Shown piece after piece: positions 39,781-53,460 of a stretch of 64,000 bases of DNA; the first letter of the stretch is position 1; each line of letters begins with the position of its first letter. The notes beneath the pieces were generated by a model. The model searched no databases, was not told the origin of the DNA, and saw only the letters and a list, made by a program, of their open reading frames with translations. This DNA comes from the human T2T-CHM13v2.0 reference genome, Homo sapiens. Made by a program: the position numbers and the translations under genes. The DNA is taken from NCBI RefSeq assembly GCF_009914755.1, contig NC_060927.1; one strand, written 5' to 3'.

Positions 39781-40569
39781 AACTACTTGTTTTGGAACTA
39801 CAAGTGGTTGTTGAGAAACTACTAATTTTACTTTCCAGGCTTAAAACCAAAAATCTGCTTTGCATAAAACATTTCAATGCAATTGATCAGATTGGAGGAG
39901 AAGAAGGAGATGATTTGTGCTTGTGTTTCCCTAAAGGTGCTCAGCTTGCTGCACTTAGAACACTGAAGCAGCATCTTTTGCTGGAAGACTATCCTGGGCA
40001 AATGGATTGAATCAGAGACTTTGTAGGATCTTTTGGGCTGCATGTGATAAATGTTTCAGAAGCCCATTATGTTGTTTTCCACAAGACACAAAAGGAAATT
40101 AGCAACATCTGCATATATTTGAATTGACAAGTGTTCCCACTTTAAGGAAAAATGTGAAAATCCCAAAATTCAATAAACTGTAATATATTAGCCATTTGTT
40201 CTTTAAAATGAATTGACAGGAATAGAGAACTAAGAAATGTATTGGTCTCTCAGCTTTGACCACATCTTCTCTGCATTGATCATTGTTACGTTCAGTGCTC
40301 TTATGTTATGCTCTTATGCTCTTATGTTATGAAGAATTATTGCATTTTATGTGTTATGAAGAAGAAATTGCATAAAGGGTTAAAACCCTAATAGTAAAAA
40401 TAATAAAATAACCCATGCTTACTGGGTACTTTCTTAAATGATGATGTCTCTTCCTGCAAATACCTATTCCTGTAGGTGAATACAAATCGAAATAAATAAA
40501 AATTTTTATATTTTTGGAAGTTTTACACTGAAGATTTTAATTTTGTCCATCTTTTTAAAAAGTACAGTA

Positions 40570-42700
40570 AGCAATATTTGTTGAACACTTTGCTATGCAT
40601 TGGTCACTCACTTGAGCACTTTGCACAGATGATAGTGATCTTCAAAAGTCCCACTTTTATCCACCAGTTTTAGTTGAGAAAGGTAAAAACCCAATTGATC
40701 TTTTTTACTCCCCTCTGAGATCATTTTTGCTATTTTATAAGTGAGTAAATGGAAGCGCAGGAAGACATAGCAATCTGCACAAGGTCACAGAGCACAAAAT
40801 GGCAGCTCAGGGTCAGCGAGGTTAATGACATGACAGGCTCATGGTCAGTCGCTGATTAGAAAATGGCAGAGCCAGAATCCAAAACAAGGTCTGGCAGACT
40901 TCAAAACCTTATGTTTCTTTTTGTTTCTTTTGTTCCAAACTGTCCACCTGGGTTGAGACCCCTCATAGGGAAAATGATGTGCAAAACATTTAGGACCCAG
41001 CACCAGCCACTACAGAAGCAAAGAAAAGATACGGAGTGACCTATATGTCTGTAGGCTTCTGTGTTTTGGGACAGAAAACACGGGTTTCTGAAAGGAGCTT
41101 ATACCATTGTTTCTAAAAGGAGCTCATTACTCTAGGCTTTGTGCTTTTTTGAGTTGGTCCACCAAGGAGTGTGTCTCTGCCATTCAATGACTAGTTATTT
41201 TGTTATCCAAGTGTAGGGAAAGAATGTGGGCAAAGAAAAGACTGTCCTTGAAAAAGAGCTTTCACTTCTCTGGTGGAGAAAATTTGCAGAGGTCGTAAAT
41301 CTGGGAGAGTGCCTAACTGTGGCTCAACTTTTTTTCTCCTGGGACAGCCTGTTTGATTGTTCACCTGCTTTTAATGTTCTTGTGATTTCAACACAATAGT
41401 GTGTGTTCTTTCATTAAAATGGTGAATGAGATCTCATTCACTCTGTACTATTAATGAGTGCTTACTCTTGAAAAGTGTACATTCATGAGTGCTTACTCAT
41501 GAAAAGAAAGAACTGCTCATGATAGCACTTGGGTTGTGGTCCTGGTCTTGTCACTCATGGGAAGATGTTTGCCTACCATTTATAGTCCTGTGTGGTCCTT
41601 AACAGCCACACAGTCAGACATAAGGTGTCCAATAACTACTTGTCCTAATGATTTCTATACACTTCAGCACAAAAGGGGAGAACTTACAATGCTAGCACAG
41701 GCAGAACCCCCAATTCTGGTAATTCTGTGACCCCAGAATAATAATAAGAAATTCAGGTACCTTTAAACTGTATTTTTTATCTTATGAAACATACACACTG
41801 TATCTGTTGTTAATTTTCTTCATTAAAATATTATATGATAAGCCAGTGACTTCGTATCCTATCGTTTGCAGAAATTTCACTAAAATTATTTATGAAGTTT
41901 GCAGGTATGTTTAAAACACATCAGGACATAACTCAGTAGCTCTTGCTTCTTCTTTTTGAGGGGAATTGCTTTCTTGGGATGCATTTCTAGAAGTTGTTAA
42001 ATGGAGTAGTAAAGAACAAAGACTTGGAAACTAAGTTGCCTTAAATCAATTTCAATTCCTGCCTCATTAGCTATGAAGCCTGACACAAGTGACTTTGCAT
42101 CTCTGTGCCTGTTTTCTAATTTCTAAAATGTTGATGATAATAATAATGATGATAGAGTTTTGTTTTTTTTTGTTTTGTTTTATGTTTTAAGGAGAAGCAC
42201 TAAATGAGTTACTACATGTAAAGTGCTTAGTCCAATGCCTGACATAGGAAGCCTGTGGTAAATGACAATAAAATGCACATTACCTATTTTTATCATTACT
42301 GATTCAGAGTACAAACATTTTTGGACAATTGAAATATATTGCTAAGCCGTTTTCTGAAAGCACTCTACTAATTTATTCAGCCATTGGCAAAACTACTAAA
42401 ATGTTATCTCTATTTTGATTTGTATTTCTTGGAAAACTTGCAAGGTTGAATATTTTTCCATATGTTTGGGTATAGATTTATCTTTTTTATGAGATGCACT
42501 TGAGAGTCTTCAAATTGTTTTTAATACCCCTGTGTCATTTGATCCTCCCTACAACTCAGTAGAGTTGGCAGAGCTGGTAATATTTACAATCGACTACAAA
42601 GAAAGATAAAAGTAAAGTTCTCGGAGGTTTGTTAAGTGGCTTGCCGAAAAGTCACTTGGCTAGCATCTGGCAGCACTGGAATTTGAACCAAAGTATTTTA
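40570..42700. mobile_element. Scattered MIRs (-, 40570-40910; +, 42005-42275; -, 42530-42700) and an L1ME fragment (-, about 42290-42510)
   Basis: MIR cores cacaaggtcacag, ctctgtgcctgttttc, gttaagtggcttgcc. Confidence 0.6.
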
Positions 42701-42971
42701 CTCTACTCTTGTAAATAATAAACAATTATACATAGAAGTGGCATCTCCCTGGCATTAAAGAGTTAACACAATTTAAAAATAAAACATAAGCAATGCCTAA
42801 TTTTTCCTTGTAAAAAGTTTAAACCCTTAGGGAAATACGATTTAAACATCTTATAAGCTGTTTCCTTTAGCTCATTTAGAAACCACAAAAGAAAAATTAT
42901 GCTCTAACTGGCTCCTTAAAATATGTATTAAATGGCACAGAATTAGCTGCAGTTTACAACTTGGAAGTAGT

Positions 42972-43123
42972 GAGATGGACATGGTGGTGCATGCCTGTAG
43001 TTCCAGCTACTCAGAGGCTGAGACAGGATTACTTTGAGCCCAGAAATTCAAGGCCAGCATGGATACTATAGAGAGACCTTATCTCAAATAAATAAGTAAA
43101 TATAAAATTAAAAATGAAAAACT
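42972..43123 (+). mobile_element. FLAM (free left Alu monomer)
   Basis: Single monomer with A-rich tail; perfect 13-bp TSD acttggaagtagt 42959-42971 / 43124-43136. Confidence 0.88.
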
Positions 43124-43329
43124 ACTTGGAAGTAGTTGTGATCTTATAAAGTATAATTTAATGGTTGCAGCCTATAGAATCTTTTTTGAATAAATAAGTA
43201 GATTTTGGCCATATTCCTGTGGCCTTCTGAACTTCTGTGTTCTTCCAGTGGAAAATTGAGGTCACCTGGGATGTTCAGCTTCTAAGATGTTTGGCAAGGA
43301 GAGCTGTTAGATTTCATACAATGGGCCAG

Positions 43330-44495
43330 TAGGCATACAAAAAAAATGTTCATTGTTGTAATTCACCAGAGAAATCCAAATTAAACCACAATGAAATTCT
43401 ACTACACAGAAATAAAATGAAAAATATAGATAACATCTAACATCAGAGAAGATATGGAGGAGCCAGCACTTTATGCGTCGCTGTTAGAATGTAAATGCTA
43501 TAAGTACTTTAGAACACTTCTTTAGAAGTTAGGCACATACCGATCTGTGCTATACAGCTCTACTCCTAAGCATTTATCCAAGAGAAATGAAAACATATGT
43601 CTACAAAACTCTTGTGCAGAAATGTTCACATCGGCTTATTCATAATAGCCCAGTTGGGGGGACAGTCCTCCATTGGCCTCTCTTGTTTCTGCTTATTTTG
43701 CAAATAGAAGCACTGATTATCTTTTCGAGATGTTTCTGTAGCAAATAGTCTCAGAAGATACAGATAGGGTATCCCTATGGAGTATAGGGAAGTTTGCTTA
43801 CTAACAAATATAATAAAGATAATATCCTCTCTGGAGCAAAGGTCAAATAGGCTTGCTTAAAGTCCTTTATAAAAGATTTGAGTTTCTGAAGCCCAGAGTT
43901 TGACTGATGTAACACAGACCCATTATGCCTTCTGCATCCACCTAGACCACTCTGCATTACCCCCACTGGACTTGAGGGAGTTGTGGGGAGGGGCCCAGTG
44001 CGAACATAATGACTGTGCTTGTTGCCGTGCTTGGCTCTGAACCAGGGGTTCCACATCTTCAGCCGGCACTCATGAAACTATGTCGGGCTAACTTGACACA
44101 CGTACCCCAAACTGGAAATCACCCAGATGTGCATCAAAAAGAAAGTGAATTATCAAACTCTAGTCTGTACAATCAGTAGAATAATATCTATCATTTAAAA
44201 AAAGAATGGATTGTTGATATATGCAACAAAATGAATAAATCTCAAAAATTTTTGTCTGAGTGAAAGAATCCAGACCCCCAACCTACATATTGTATGATCC
44301 TATTTATTTGAAAGTCTTGAATAGACAAAACTAATTTATAGTGCTAGATAACAAAGCAATAGTTCCTTCTTAGTGGGGGGAGATTTCTGGGGGATGAAAT
44401 ATTCTTCATATTGATATGTATTTGTCAAAACTGATTAAACAGTTCACTTCTGAACGGCATACGCTGTATGCAGAATGTACTTCTATTAAAAATAT
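43330..44495 (+). mobile_element. L1MB/MC-like ORF2 end and 3'UTR, interrupted by an LTR
   Basis: tttatccaagagaaatgaaaacatatgtctaca ... cataatagcc | aaactggaaatcaccc. Confidence 0.8.
43652..44098 (+). mobile_element. ERVL-class solo LTR (LTR47/MER76-like; family name uncertain)
   Basis: gacagtcctccattggcctctcttgtttctgc ... ctggagcaaagg ... ggctaacttgaca; homologous to 52098-52544. Confidence 0.7.
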
Positions 44496-44499
44496 TCAC

Positions 44500-44735
44500 A
44501 CATTGGACTGAGAGCCAAACAGCTGGAGTTCGGTAACTTGACTAGCCACTTGTTATCTGTATAACTTTGGGTAAGTTATTTAAATCAAGTCTCAGTTTTC
44601 TTGCCCATAAAGGGTCAATAATAGTAATAGCAAACACCTCATTGGATGGTTATTTCATTAAGTGAGATAATGAATGTAACGTGGTGAGGACAGTTTTGGG
44701 AGTGTAGAAAACATTGCATGAATGTGAACTGTTGT
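44500..44735 (+). mobile_element. MIR
   Basis: gccacttgttatctgtataactttgggtaagttatttaa ... ctcagttttc. Confidence 0.78.
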
Positions 44736-45245
44736 TCACCGCAGTACACTCTATGAATATTGGACAACCTGAATTTGGTAGTTATGGGAGTACCAACAGA
44801 TGTATGTGGAGCAATATGTAGACTCCGTTGTAGAGAAATAAATATGCATTCAAATGCTAACTATTAAGGTTTAAATACCTAGCAGGATGTTTTTTATTTT
44901 TCTTTAGTCCTGAGAAGAAGCCTGATGGGCCATAAAGTTAGGTTAGGGGACTGACTTGACTTTGAGCAGTGTGGCTTCCCAGATACTCCAAAGGGCCCCG
45001 AACAAGCTACAAGGTAGAGTTGCTAAATCTGAGACTCAAGCATGAAGCTGGAACTGCTTTGGGAGAAATAAAGTAGCAGCAGGTGGGTTTTGCCTTCTGG
45101 ATTCCAGCAGGAATTATTTTCAAGAAAAGAATGTCTTCTTTAGGCCTGAGTCAAAAATTTTAAATTAAAATTAATCAACCCTTATTACCTGATAATTAAA
45201 GCTGATAAAACGCAAAGAAAACACTAGGAGTGAACGCCAGTGTAA

Positions 45246-45587
<342 letters not shown>

Positions 45588-45689
45588 GGGCATCTAGTTT
45601 AAAAAAAAAAAAATAGAAATAATAGATTTAGAATAAAACCATGCATGAAATAGATGAATAAATGTGGAATCCTACCAATGTGTTCTATC

Positions 45690-46100
45690 AAACGAAGGCT
45701 ATCAAAAATGATAAAACACTGAATGGATGGGTTAAAAAAGATTAGACACAGTCAAAGAGAGAATGCTTGAACTGGAACATATATCTGAAAGAAAATGCAG
45801 CACAGGACAATAAAGGACAGCAAATATGGAAGTGTATGGAGGATAAGGGAGTTAATGCAACACTAATCAGCCCTGGATCCCAGAAGTGAATAATGAGAAT
45901 GGAAAAGAAGGAATTTATAAACAGATAATGACTGAAGAATTTTCACAACTGAAGAAAGACAATAATCCATAGATCAAGGAAAGCCAGACTATGCCAACCA
46001 GAATTAAAAAATAAAGAAGGAAAGTAGAGAGGAAGGAAGAAACCTTCTATGGACACAATAATGGTGAAAATGCATGACTCTGAAGACAAAGAGAATATTT
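45690..46100 (+). mobile_element. Old L1M ORF1 fragment
   Basis: gataatgactgaagaattttcacaactgaagaaagac ... gacaaagagaatattt. Confidence 0.7.
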
Positions 46101-46104
46101 TATT

Positions 46105-46600
46105 ATGGCCAGGTGGCAGTCTCATCTTCCAGTTCACTGGAATCATTTTTATGTAGCCTGGTTCAAACATTCTTATCTTGAGAATCAAGAAGTCTACATA
46201 AGCAGAGATCAAAGGTGCACCCATGGAAAACATTGTGTTTGCACATGAGTTATTTGGCATAATAGTGATGCACGTGTTTACACTTCCATTCCTTCCCAGA
46301 GCTCCGTGTTCTTTCTGATGGAGAAACAGCACTATATATTGGTTCCTGTTAAAAGCACATACCACCTCTTGTGGGATGTTGTCCCCACTTTGCAATGTGT
46401 TGTCTACTAGCTGGCACAATAACTGAGTCTTCAGTAAGCTATCCTGTCATTTTTGTTAGGCCAGGTAGAAGGGTATGTGGTGAGACAGACCAGTGAATCC
46501 TGTCATATCGCCTTACTTTGTTTCAGTATAAAGGTTATATGGTGAAAAATAATGTGAATGATGTCATGAAAGTGATTGAAGCATAAGTAATTCTATAGGT
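46105..46600 (-). mobile_element. ERVL internal (pol/integrase 3' region) relic
   Basis: ORF 45943-46419 contains CQLVDNTLQ and MIPVNWKMRLPPGH, resembling ERVL pol C-terminal motifs; frameshifted. Confidence 0.75.
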
Positions 46601-48129
46601 CATGATCCAAGTATCTTTTCCAATCTCTTCTGCTGAGCAGTTTTCTTCCAGGACTATTCTTGATAAAAGATATCCATGCCAAATTCATTGACACAACTAA
46701 AATATATTCCCTAAGGAATGTTGAATATCTGTAGAAGGCTTACAAAAAATGGGATTGAAAATAGAATTTTGTCTGTATTGTGATAAAAATGCTCTCATCC
46801 TGTCTCATCTGTGAATTCTTTAGTACACACCCAAATGAGAGAAGCAGCAGTTTTATTTCAATTGCATCCAATCTCTATACCAATATGGAGAAAATGGACA
46901 TCTTAATATTGGAGACTTTAAATTCATCAACATCATATACCTCTCTGTTTATTTAAATCTTTGATTTCTCTCTTGTTTTCTTATTTTCATTATATAGATT
47001 GTGTATATATTTTTGTTAAATTCAACCCTAAGTTTTTCATGTTGTCATGTCATTGTAAAAATAGTATCATCGTAATTCTTTTTCGATTGTTAACGCTACC
47101 ATTACTGAAATAGAATTAACTCTGTATGTAGACCTTGAATATTATAAATTTTCAATGTTTATTACTTATAGTAGCTCATTTGTAGATTTCTTAGAATTTT
47201 TATATAGAAGATCACATCATCTGACACAGTGATTTCTTATTTCAGTGCATTTTGTCTTGCTTTATTGCACTGATGAGGACTTCCTAATACAATATTGAGT
47301 AGAAGTAATAATGGGAGTACCTTACTTTGTTCCCAATCATAACGTAAATCAGTCTGGCATCGGTGAATATGATCACAGCTGTAGAGATTTTGCAAATGTT
47401 TATAGACTTTCTGTATAATGTTGAAGGAGTTTCTTTCCATTTTCTTTGCTGAGTTTTGTTATGGGTGAATGTGTCAAATGGATGAATGTGTCAAAGGATA
47501 TGTTTGTATCTGTTGAGATGATAATACTATTTTTATTTTTTAGTTGATATCACAAAGTATATTGATTCATTTTCAAATATTAAGTTTGCAGTCCTAGGAT
47601 AAACCATACCTGATCATGATGTATCTATTTTTTATATAATGCTACATTTCATTGGATAATATTTTGCTAAGGAATATTATACCTATTTTTAATCATGAAT
47701 ATTGGTTTATAGTTTTCTTCTCTGGTAGTGTCTTTTTCTGGCATTGGTATCAGATTAATGCTGGACACAAAAAAATGAGTTAGAAAATGTCCCCACCTCT
47801 TCTACTCTCTGAAAGAGTTCATGCATATTTTAGTAATGTTATATATTCTTAAAATATTTAGTAGAATTCACAAAGGTAATCATCTGAGCCTGGACTTTAC
47901 TTTCTGGGGAGATTTTCGAATGTATATTCAATTTATTTAACATATACAAGGACATTCAGAGTATATATTAGTTCTTAAGTGAGCTTTGTAGTTTATATCT
48001 CTTAAATTTTTTTTCATTTTACCTAAATTAATTTATTGGCAAGCAAAAACTTGTTCATAATGTTTCTTATTATTTATTTAGTGTCTGTTGCATCTGTAGT
48101 GATGAGGTTTCCTTCATTCTCTATATTTT

Positions 48130-48420
48130 CTTTTTTTTTTTGGGCGGGGGACAGTGTCTCACTTTGTTGCCTTGGCTGGAGTACAGTGCCTTGATCTCGG
48201 CTCACTGTGGCCTTGACTTCCAGGGCTCAAGCAATTCTCCCACCTTAGCCTCCCTGGTAGCTAGGACTACAGGTGTGTGCCACCACCCCTGGGTAGTTTT
48301 TTTATATTTTTAGTAGAGACGGGTTTTCACAGGCTGATCTCAAACACCTGAGCTCAAGAGATCCACCCACCGTGGCCTCCCAAAGTGCTGGGATTACAGG
48401 TATGAGCCATTGTGCCCAGC
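48130..48420 (-). mobile_element. AluJ
   Basis: ggctcaagcaattctcccaccttagcc; gagctcaagagatcc. Confidence 0.92.
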
Positions 48421-48452
48421 TATGCCTTCTATTTTCTTTCTTTACTTCTTGA

Positions 48453-49100
<648 letters not shown>

Positions 49101-49267
49101 TTATCAATTTTATTAACCTTATAAAAATAACCTTTGTTTTCTTTCTTGTCTGTGTTGTTTTCTATTTCATCTATTTCTACTGTTGTCTTTATATCCCTCT
49201 TTCTGGTAACTTTTTGTTTATAGTTTTTTTCTCCTTCTTTTCCAGGTTGTTAAGAACAGGCTTAGAT

Positions 49268-49453
49268 TAGGGTTCAGCAGACTTTTTCTGAACTAGATAA
49301 TAAACAGTTTAGGATTAGGGTCACATACAGTCTTTGTCTTACATTCTTTTCTTTTTCTTCTATTTTTTAACCATATTGTTTAAAATTTAAAAGCCATTCT
49401 TTGTTTGTAGGACATAGAAAAACATGTCGTGGGCCATACTTTGTCTACCTCTG
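49268..49453 (+). mobile_element. MER58-family hAT MITE
   Basis: agggttcagcagacttttt ... tttgtctacctctg; TSD gcttagat / gcttagct. Confidence 0.72.
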
Positions 49454-50739
49454 GCTTAGCTCATTGATTTGCAGCCTTCATTTTTTCATTATATAACAAC
49501 TAATGCTACAAATTTTCCTGTTTTCATTATCAAAAGATACGGGATGTGGCTAAAGCAACTCTGAATTCTGTTATGCTCCTCTGAATATTGTGCTGTTTTC
49601 TAGAAGACAGTTACCTACAATCAAACTGCAAACTTGCCTCTCCTGCAGTCTACAGCTACTTATATATCTCTCCAACTCTTGCCATTTCACACTTCTGCTT
49701 TTTTCAGCCTGGACTTCTCTGGCCCTCCCCTGTGCCTATGAACTTTGCAGTCAGTCAAGTATTTGGGCACACATGGGGCTCACCTTCTGTGTTGTTTCCT
49801 TGCTTGCAGAAATACCCCTTATTTCCAGTTTCTCTGTTGACTTTGGAATCTATATTCTGGCCTCAGGTCTTTTATCATCATCATCATCATCATCATTTCA
49901 CTCTTTATATATGTTATTTGCTTTAGTTTTTGGAGATCACTTCATGGTTTCTTTGGATACAATAGACATCAAGTGCAATGTATATTCCTTACAACTGTTA
50001 TTTCCTTTCACACCAACCCTGTAGCATGACTTTTATTATTCATTTTTGTTTTCTAGATAACTAGCCACACAGCTGATAAGTGGCAGAACCAAAATTTGAG
50101 ACTAACTGCAAAGCCTATCTCTTCTACTTTAAGCTTTTATTTCCTATTTTTAAAAGAGTGAGATAGTGCAGTCTATTTCATAGTGCTGTTGTATGAGTTA
50201 AGTGAGTTCAATTTTAAAGTTCCAAATTTGGTGCCTTCTCTTAGTAGATTTTTAAAAATGTTTTTGCACCCTCCTTTCTCTATCCACTTCTCTCTCCTAT
50301 CCACTCTGTCACTAAGTCCTACTTAGCTTTCTACAAAATAATCTAACTCATAAATCAGTTATTTATTGTGCTAGACTCTGTGGGGAACAGATAATCCTCA
50401 CTGCTACCGCTGCAGTCCAAGACATCCTCACCACATGCCTCAGTTTTTTAGATAGTACTAACTAGAGTTATTGCCTCCAGTCCTAGACCCTAAATTAATT
50501 AAATATATAAATTTATGGTCTTCTTCATTTCTTAACTCATAATGTTTATTGTCTCTATTATTTCTTTTTTTCTAAAATTGCATCTTGCCTGGCTTTATGT
50601 TCTTTTTTATAGCTGATTCACGTCTGCCTGGTTTCCTTCTTTTGCTTCTTCTTTCCTTTTCTTTCTCTTCGTGTGTTCCCCATCCTACATCCAGCCCGCC
50701 TCTCTCAACAGCCATAATATAACTATATAATTCTTTGTA

Positions 50740-52090
50740 TCTTTGCATAGCCTAAGGCTAGGCTAGGGGCAAGTAGGGAAATTGTACAGAGAGACCAAAC
50801 TTTGAGAATTAGTAGAAGTCTCTAATAATATAACATTTAAGCTAGAATTTGAGAGTAGTAGTTAGCCAGAATGAGACTTTTTCAAATAGAAGAAAGAGGA
50901 AATTAGAATATGCTTGAAATTTGTTTAAAAAAAAAAGGTCACAGAACATTAAATATAATGAGAAGGAATACAGCTCTAAGATGTGACTGAAGGGAGTCAG
51001 ATTACACTGAGCCTCGTAGACTATGCTGAGGTTCTGATTTCCAAGTAAATGAAGTGGGGAACAGGTGAGGGGTTTCAATCAGGGGAGTGGCATGGCCTAG
51101 TTTGCAATTTAGTGGTAAGTTGACTACTGTATGAAAATCGTGTTAAAGAGGTGCCAGGATAGACATTGTGAGACCAGTGAGGAGGCCATACAGCAGTCCA
51201 GGTGAGATAGGATAATGACTTGGAGAAGGGCAGTGGTTGTGGAGATGGAGAGAAGGAGACAACTGTGCTAAGCATTTGGGAATCAGAATCTCTGTAATTT
51301 GGTCATGGGTGAGATATGGGGAAATGAGAGCAATCATGACACCCCCATTTCTGGCGTACACAGCTGAATGTATCAGTGAGAATCCAAGCAGAAATGATGG
51401 CTCATTCAAAAGGAATTACTTAAACAGAATCTCACAAAGGGATGATGTCCAAAAGTGCCAGAAGAGTTTCTTAAGGCAGTGAAGGACAGTGCAGTACCTC
51501 TGGGCAAATAACATAGAGAAACACCACTCCAAACCAGAAGGGGCAAGCAGACAGAGTGGTTACCAGAAACCTGGGAGAACAAATGTAAGGAGAGGCTACC
51601 TAACACGGAGGTAGCCAGACCAATAAACAGCAACACCAAACCACCCTCCTGCCCTTCAGTCTTCTGCCTGTGGCTCCCATTGACCAAATTAACCAGATGT
51701 CAAAAGGTAAGAGAGCTCTGTATTTGTTCATCAGAGTAAGTTTCTCAAGGTGTAGAGAATGGTGCCAGATTCATCTGGGGGACACACACAATATATACAG
51801 CACAGGAGCTGCCACATATTTATGTGAGCAAGATATCGGGGGTGGAAGGGGCAAGAGTTTAATTGTAGACATGTTGAATCCAATATACCCATAAGACATC
51901 CAACTAGAAGGGTTATGAAGGCAACTCAATGTATAGATGTAGAATTCGGAAGTCTATATCGCAGATACAAAGCATAAGTTCATCAGTGGTTGATAGTTAA
52001 TGTCATTAAAATGAATAAAATTGCCCAGGAAGGAGTGAGTGTGAGAAGGAAAATATGGATCCCAAACCCTGAGACTCATAAGGAGGGACG
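50740..52090 (-). mobile_element. L2, interrupted by an LTR33-like element
   Basis: agaccagtgaggaggcc ... cagtccaggtgaga ... gacatgttga ... gacatccaa. Confidence 0.8.
51369..51804 (-). mobile_element. LTR33-like ERVL LTR
   Basis: cctcctgcccttcagtcttctgcctgtggctcccattgacc ... atacagcaca. Confidence 0.6.
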
Positions 52091-52097
52091 TGAACAC

Positions 52098-52544
52098 TGT
52101 TGGAATAAAATTGTCCATAGGTCTCTCATGTTTCTGTACATCTTGTGAGCAGAGACAATGACCACTTTTTTTCCAGACTACCTTTCCAAGGGCATTTGTA
52201 TAGAAAAAATCTTTGGAAGCTGGAGATAGTGTTTCTCTTTAGAGCAAAGGTCAGCAATATTTACTGTCTGGAATCAAAGACCAGGCTTTCTAAGGTCGGA
52301 GTCCTCTCCTGTAACGTAGCCCATGGTGTCACTTGGCTCTTTTTCTGTCAGCCTATGTGAATTGCAGCTCAAGGAACCAGAGCCAGAAAAGGTTGATACT
52401 CTGGCTACTACTGTTTCTGTGAAAGATAACACCTTTTGTCCCTGCCCATGCTGCTTCTGTCTTCCGCCAACACCCAAAACTGTGGCAGGCTAACTTGTGG
52501 GCTGCAGATATGGTAAAATCCCAGACCCTTCACAGTTTGTGACA
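52098..52544 (+). mobile_element. ERVL-class solo LTR, same family as 43652-44098
   Basis: TG...CA termini, TSD aacac / aacaa, ccataggtctctcatgtttctgtacatcttgtgagcagag. Confidence 0.78.
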
Positions 52545-52686
52545 AACAAGTCAAGACATACAGGGGTTAGGAATAACCCCTGTATTATTCTTTGTTGTTT
52601 TGCACAGGGAGAAACAAATTAGAGAATGCAAGTGGCATTGGGAAGTAAGAAGGACACTGATACATGGGGCTATGCAAGGGGGAAAA

Positions 52687-53024
52687 TACTTCTGCTTAAT
52701 AGAGCCCTGGGGGAAGCAGTGTTCTCAGCAAACCTCCAGGTTTTAGTTAAGGAAGTATTTGAAAACTGGGATAAGGTTGCACTGAGGAGTACTCAATGTG
52801 CATTTGGAGTTCCAGAGAGCACAAAGTATTTGGAAAGACGGAGGGAGCTGGCTATTACTTCTGCTTAATAGAGCCTTAGGGGAAGAAGTGTTCTCAGCAA
52901 ACCTCCAGGTTTTAGTTAAGGAAGTATGTGAAAACTGGGATAAAGTTGCATTGAGGAGTACTCGGTGTGGATTTGGAGTTCCAGAGAGCACAAAGTATTT
53001 GGAAAGATGGAGGGAGCTGGTTGT
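52687..53024. repeat. 169-bp tandem duplication, 12 differences (about 93% identical)
   Basis: Copies 52687-52855 and 52856-53024. Confidence 0.96.
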
Positions 53025-53460
53025 TAAACAATAGAGAATTGGCACACAGGGATGAGAGCTTAGCAGATACAGGATCAGAGAGGCTTGTCCAGTGGGCAGT
53101 AAAGCTTCAAAGGGAGGCATGAACGATTTATTTCTGAGAATGTTCTAGAGGAGGGAAGTCACTTGAGCCTAGGAAAATGCAGGTGAACTTTGGAAGTGAA
53201 TTCAAGTGTAAAGCTATCAACTCTAGCAATAGTGAAACACATCTGGCCCTTATTTTGGTAATTTATTTCTGACTGTGGGCTTGGAGACACTGGAAGTAAC
53301 GCAACATTTCTTACAGCATCTAGTCACACAGAGAAAATAATGTTTCTCTTTGGGGATGACTATTTTTCCTTCCTATTTACAGTTGCAATCACTAGAGCTA
53401 GTCCAATATACCCATAAGACATACAACTAGAGATAAAATGGAGTGAAATCATGGCTTTTT

